From Vitrella brassicaformis CCMP3155 (lineage: Eukaryota; Protista; Chromerida): a DNA stretch of 64,000 nt. Below the pieces are notes generated by a model. It was not told the origin of the DNA, ran no database searches, and worked only from the letters and a program-made list of their open reading frames with translations. Numbering within the stretch: the first letter of the stretch is position 1; the number at the start of each line of letters is the position of its first letter. A program made the position numbers and the translations under genes. The stretch covers positions 1 through 64,000 of the forward strand of contig CDMY01000225.1 in the NCBI GenBank assembly GCA_001179505.1, in the 5' to 3' direction. Positions 60,961-64,000 of this stretch are shown one piece after another.

Positions 60961-63755
60961 ATGGACTGACGTGGCGTGCACGTTGCCTTGTGACGACTTT
61001 GTACGGCTAAAGAGTCACCACACGTATATTCACAGACGCCACACACACCAAAATCCATCCATCCGTTTCTATCTATCTGTCTAGGATCTAGTCAGGCAGG
61101 CATCGATGTCCGTCTGACCTCGGCATTCAAACGTTTGTTCGGCCAGCTGCTGCACTCCTCGCGGAGATGTGTGTTATGTCACTGCGTGAGATGGATTGCT
61201 AACTCACTCAGTGAGTGAGTGGGTGTGTAGGGATACTGGCCATGGCCATATATGGTCCAGCAATCCGCAAACTTGCCGCACAGTGTCCCCACACCACGTG
61301 GCTTGGTGACTGACTGGGTGTCGATTCAACTGGTGGCCAGACATCATTGCAATGCCGAGCAGACAGTCTGGCTGGTTAATGTATGTTCAGACGGAGTACG
61401 CACAGTCCCGCTGATCAATGTCTCACATCTCACATATCACACATCCACTCGATCCCAGCGGGTCCATGACGCGTACTGACCCCACCATCCTGCGAATTAG
61501 TCACTGTGAGGAGTCCATCTGCCCCTTCATGTGCTCCTGCCGCAGCCCATCGAACACCCCAAGCAGATGCTGACGCTCAGGCAAACCTGAACACACACAC
61601 ACACACCCGTGCACACAACCATCCATCCCACTTGACCCACCGCACCCACCCACTCACCGATAGCCGACGATCGTCTCCCCGCCCCCACTGTCACACCGCT
61701 CATGACCATCTGCCGCACGGCCCCTCCCACCCTGGATGTGGGCTGCAGCTGCTGCAGCACCTCCAGCAGGATGGTCCGCAGCTTTGGGTACTCGCTGGCC
61801 AGCGACATCCGCAGAGACCGCTGACGCGCATCTAGCAGGGAGGTCGACGAGGCGCCTACCAGCTGAACCATCTGTAATTGTGGAATGGCAGCCAACACAT
61901 GCAGCTGGCACATGATTCTGTTGATGGTGCAGTGCAGTGCAGGTGTGTACCTTGTTGCTGAGGTTCTGCATGAGTCTCCTCCAGAAGTGTTCGGTGAGGG
62001 ACGGCGCGAGCCCCCTGTCCTCGAGCACCTCGTCGAAGCGGTAGTGCAGGTGGCCCTCCGACCCATCGGCACTCGCCCACACAACCTACACATACACATG
62101 ATCGCAGAAAGGTGTGGAAAGCTGATGTGGTGCTGGTGCCTCTCTCTCTCGCTCTTACTTGGTCTAGCACGACCATTCGCTTCACGGCAGTGTGCAGTGC
62201 GGTGGTGAAGTGTGTCAGCTGACCCCAAAAGGCCGTCAGCTGACCGCTCACAGAAGCGTTCAGAATCGGCTGCATCAAACAACGCATCAACCAAACAGAT
62301 TAACTAACACGTTGTGTGTTGTGTGTTATGGGTTTGGCAGCATACCTTGACGTTGAAGTTGTCGTCTACCTCTGCCACCTGCTCAGCGAGAGCCCCCTCG
62401 AGCTGCTCACCGAGGCAATTCAGGTTGTAAAACACTTGACACGCCACGTTCAGATCCAACTTGCTCTGGACACGGCACACACATAGCGGAAGCTCTGTGT
62501 GTGAGTGAGTTGGGGGGAGGGGGGTGAGGGCAGCTGGTACCTGGTTGCGCATGCCTGTTCTGAGTCTGGTCCTGGCCTGGTCGCGTATCTCTTTAGACAG
62601 GTCCCGCACCCACTGCGCCTCGGCGGACAGTGTGCTCAGCAGCGATGCATTTGGAACACCTGAGAGAGAAACACACGAGTCCACACGCGCTCATAGCAGC
62701 TGACGCATCTCGTTTCTTGCATCATAGCACAGATCCACGTACCTCCCTCTGGAAGGCCGCCTGCTCCTCTGCCAGCGTTGAGAAGGCCCTCCATCTGAGC
62801 GACCATTGGAAGGGGCACATGCGTATGTACGCGCACTGACAGGCAAGTGTTCGTCTGTCTTCCACAGGTCACCTCGAAGAGTGTCTGCGCCGCTTTTGCG
62901 ATGTCGGGTGTGTGTGGGTCCATCTGTGCCCTCAGCTTCTTCACGCTCAGGTTGAAGCGCAACACGCTGCGGATCAGGTCGCTGGCAGCATACAACCTGA
63001 CTCGACACACCCACATCAAGCAGTTGCGTGCATCTGTCTGTCTGCAAGCCATTTACATTCACACACCTTTCGAGAGTCTCCACTTGCTGCTTCATGACTT
63101 TGAAAGGGTCGAGGGTCTCCTTTTCCACTCTGTGTGGAGTGCACAAAGCACACACACAAAGAGAGACCCATCCATCCATCCATCCATCCATCTCTGTCTC
63201 TCTCGCACTGTCCGGCACGCACCGCATGAGTGTGTCCTTGATGGTGTCGACGCTCTGCCGCACTGCCCCCAGCTCCCGGTCCAGGTCATCTATCGAACTC
63301 ACATTCTGCAACAGATGCTCGTGGCACGCAACCACCTACACACACACACACACAACACCCATTTGTGTGAAGAACATGCACCAACCAGGGACTTCCCTCG
63401 TCAGCTCACTCACCTCGGAGTGCAGTTCAGAGTCGATTCTGTTGACGGCCTTCTCGAGCAGCTGTGCGGCCCTGAGGACGTGGTCGGGCCCCCTCTCTGC
63501 CGCCGCCCTCACGTAGGGCACCACATCCTCCGTCTCCTCAAACAGCGCCGACAGCTCGGGGTCGATGCGCTCGCGAAGCACAGCTGATAGACACACCGCA
63601 CAAATCCACACACACAGATGTTCGTGCGCATGAACGTGTCCGCGAAGTGCGTCTATGCCTTTGATCTGGCCGGATGCCTGGTTGTTCTGATTGAGCGGGC
63701 TGCTCTGCGACAGCCGGTGACCGACAGGCGAATTCCCACGTGAATTCCCAGACAT
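60900..63755 (-). CDS. COG5: Conserved oligomeric Golgi complex subunit 5 (3' end unclear, appears short)
   Basis: LLEKAVNRIDSELHSEVVACHEHLLQNVSSIDDL; RVEKETLDPF; ASDLIRSVLRF; EIRDQARTRLRTGMRNQ; VACQVFYNL; LASEYPKLRTIL. Confidence 0.8.
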
Positions 63756-64000
63756 CTCGTGATCTGCGGACGGCAATGACGCAAGGCAGCAAGATTTTTA
63801 CATAAGCATGTGCAGCGGTCGATTCGGTGTGCTGCTTCATGGTCCTTCTTACCTTTGGGAAGCGTTCCGCTTCTCGACGCGACGTGCAGATCTGCGCAAG
63901 CTTGGCTCGCAAACGCCAATGCGCTTCCTCGCCTTCGCCGCTCCCCTGCTCGCCCGTCCATCAGTGCGGTTTATGTCCATGTCAACAAAGAGCGCCCCGC

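Noticed and set aside
1-64000. Many short ORFs rich in CVCV, THTH, DRQT or SIHP
   Set aside because: They are translations of intronic microsatellites (CA, GACA, GGAT), not proteins.
1-64000. tRNA, rRNA, snRNA or an intact transposon
   Set aside because: I saw no cloverleaf, rRNA or Sm-site signatures and no RT, integrase or transposase motifs; tRNAscan-SE and Infernal would be needed to exclude them formally.

Overview
GC-rich, intron-dense eukaryotic DNA. The short GT-AG introns full of (CA)n/(GT)n/(GACA)n/(GGAT)n and the gene families point to the chromerid alveolate Vitrella brassicaformis (inference). I reconstructed about 25 multi-exon genes by hand, so spans include introns and some ends are approximate. 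Conserved genes: IFT70/TTC30, DHX37/Dhr1 helicase, COG5, a UbiE/MenG methyltransferase, an ankyrin-TRP channel, a divergent FKBP and a RING-TLDc protein. Lineage-specific material: (i) a decaying array of four J-domain genes at 14.6-20.2 kb whose downstream FTAEEW/coiled-coil/ubiquitin-like module reappears 40 kb away fused to a RING finger; (ii) a protein with four AP2-like repeats plus a DEK-C-like domain; (iii) three members of an expanded unknown-function family with different N-termini. Non-coding patterns: the 8-mer TGCGAGCT recurs in short upstream or divergent intergenic regions, several head-to-head gene pairs have start codons only about 100-150 bp apart, and many introns have complementary AC-rich 5' and GT-rich 3' arms. 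I found no rRNA, tRNA, CRISPR array or confident transposon. There is one 300-N assembly gap.
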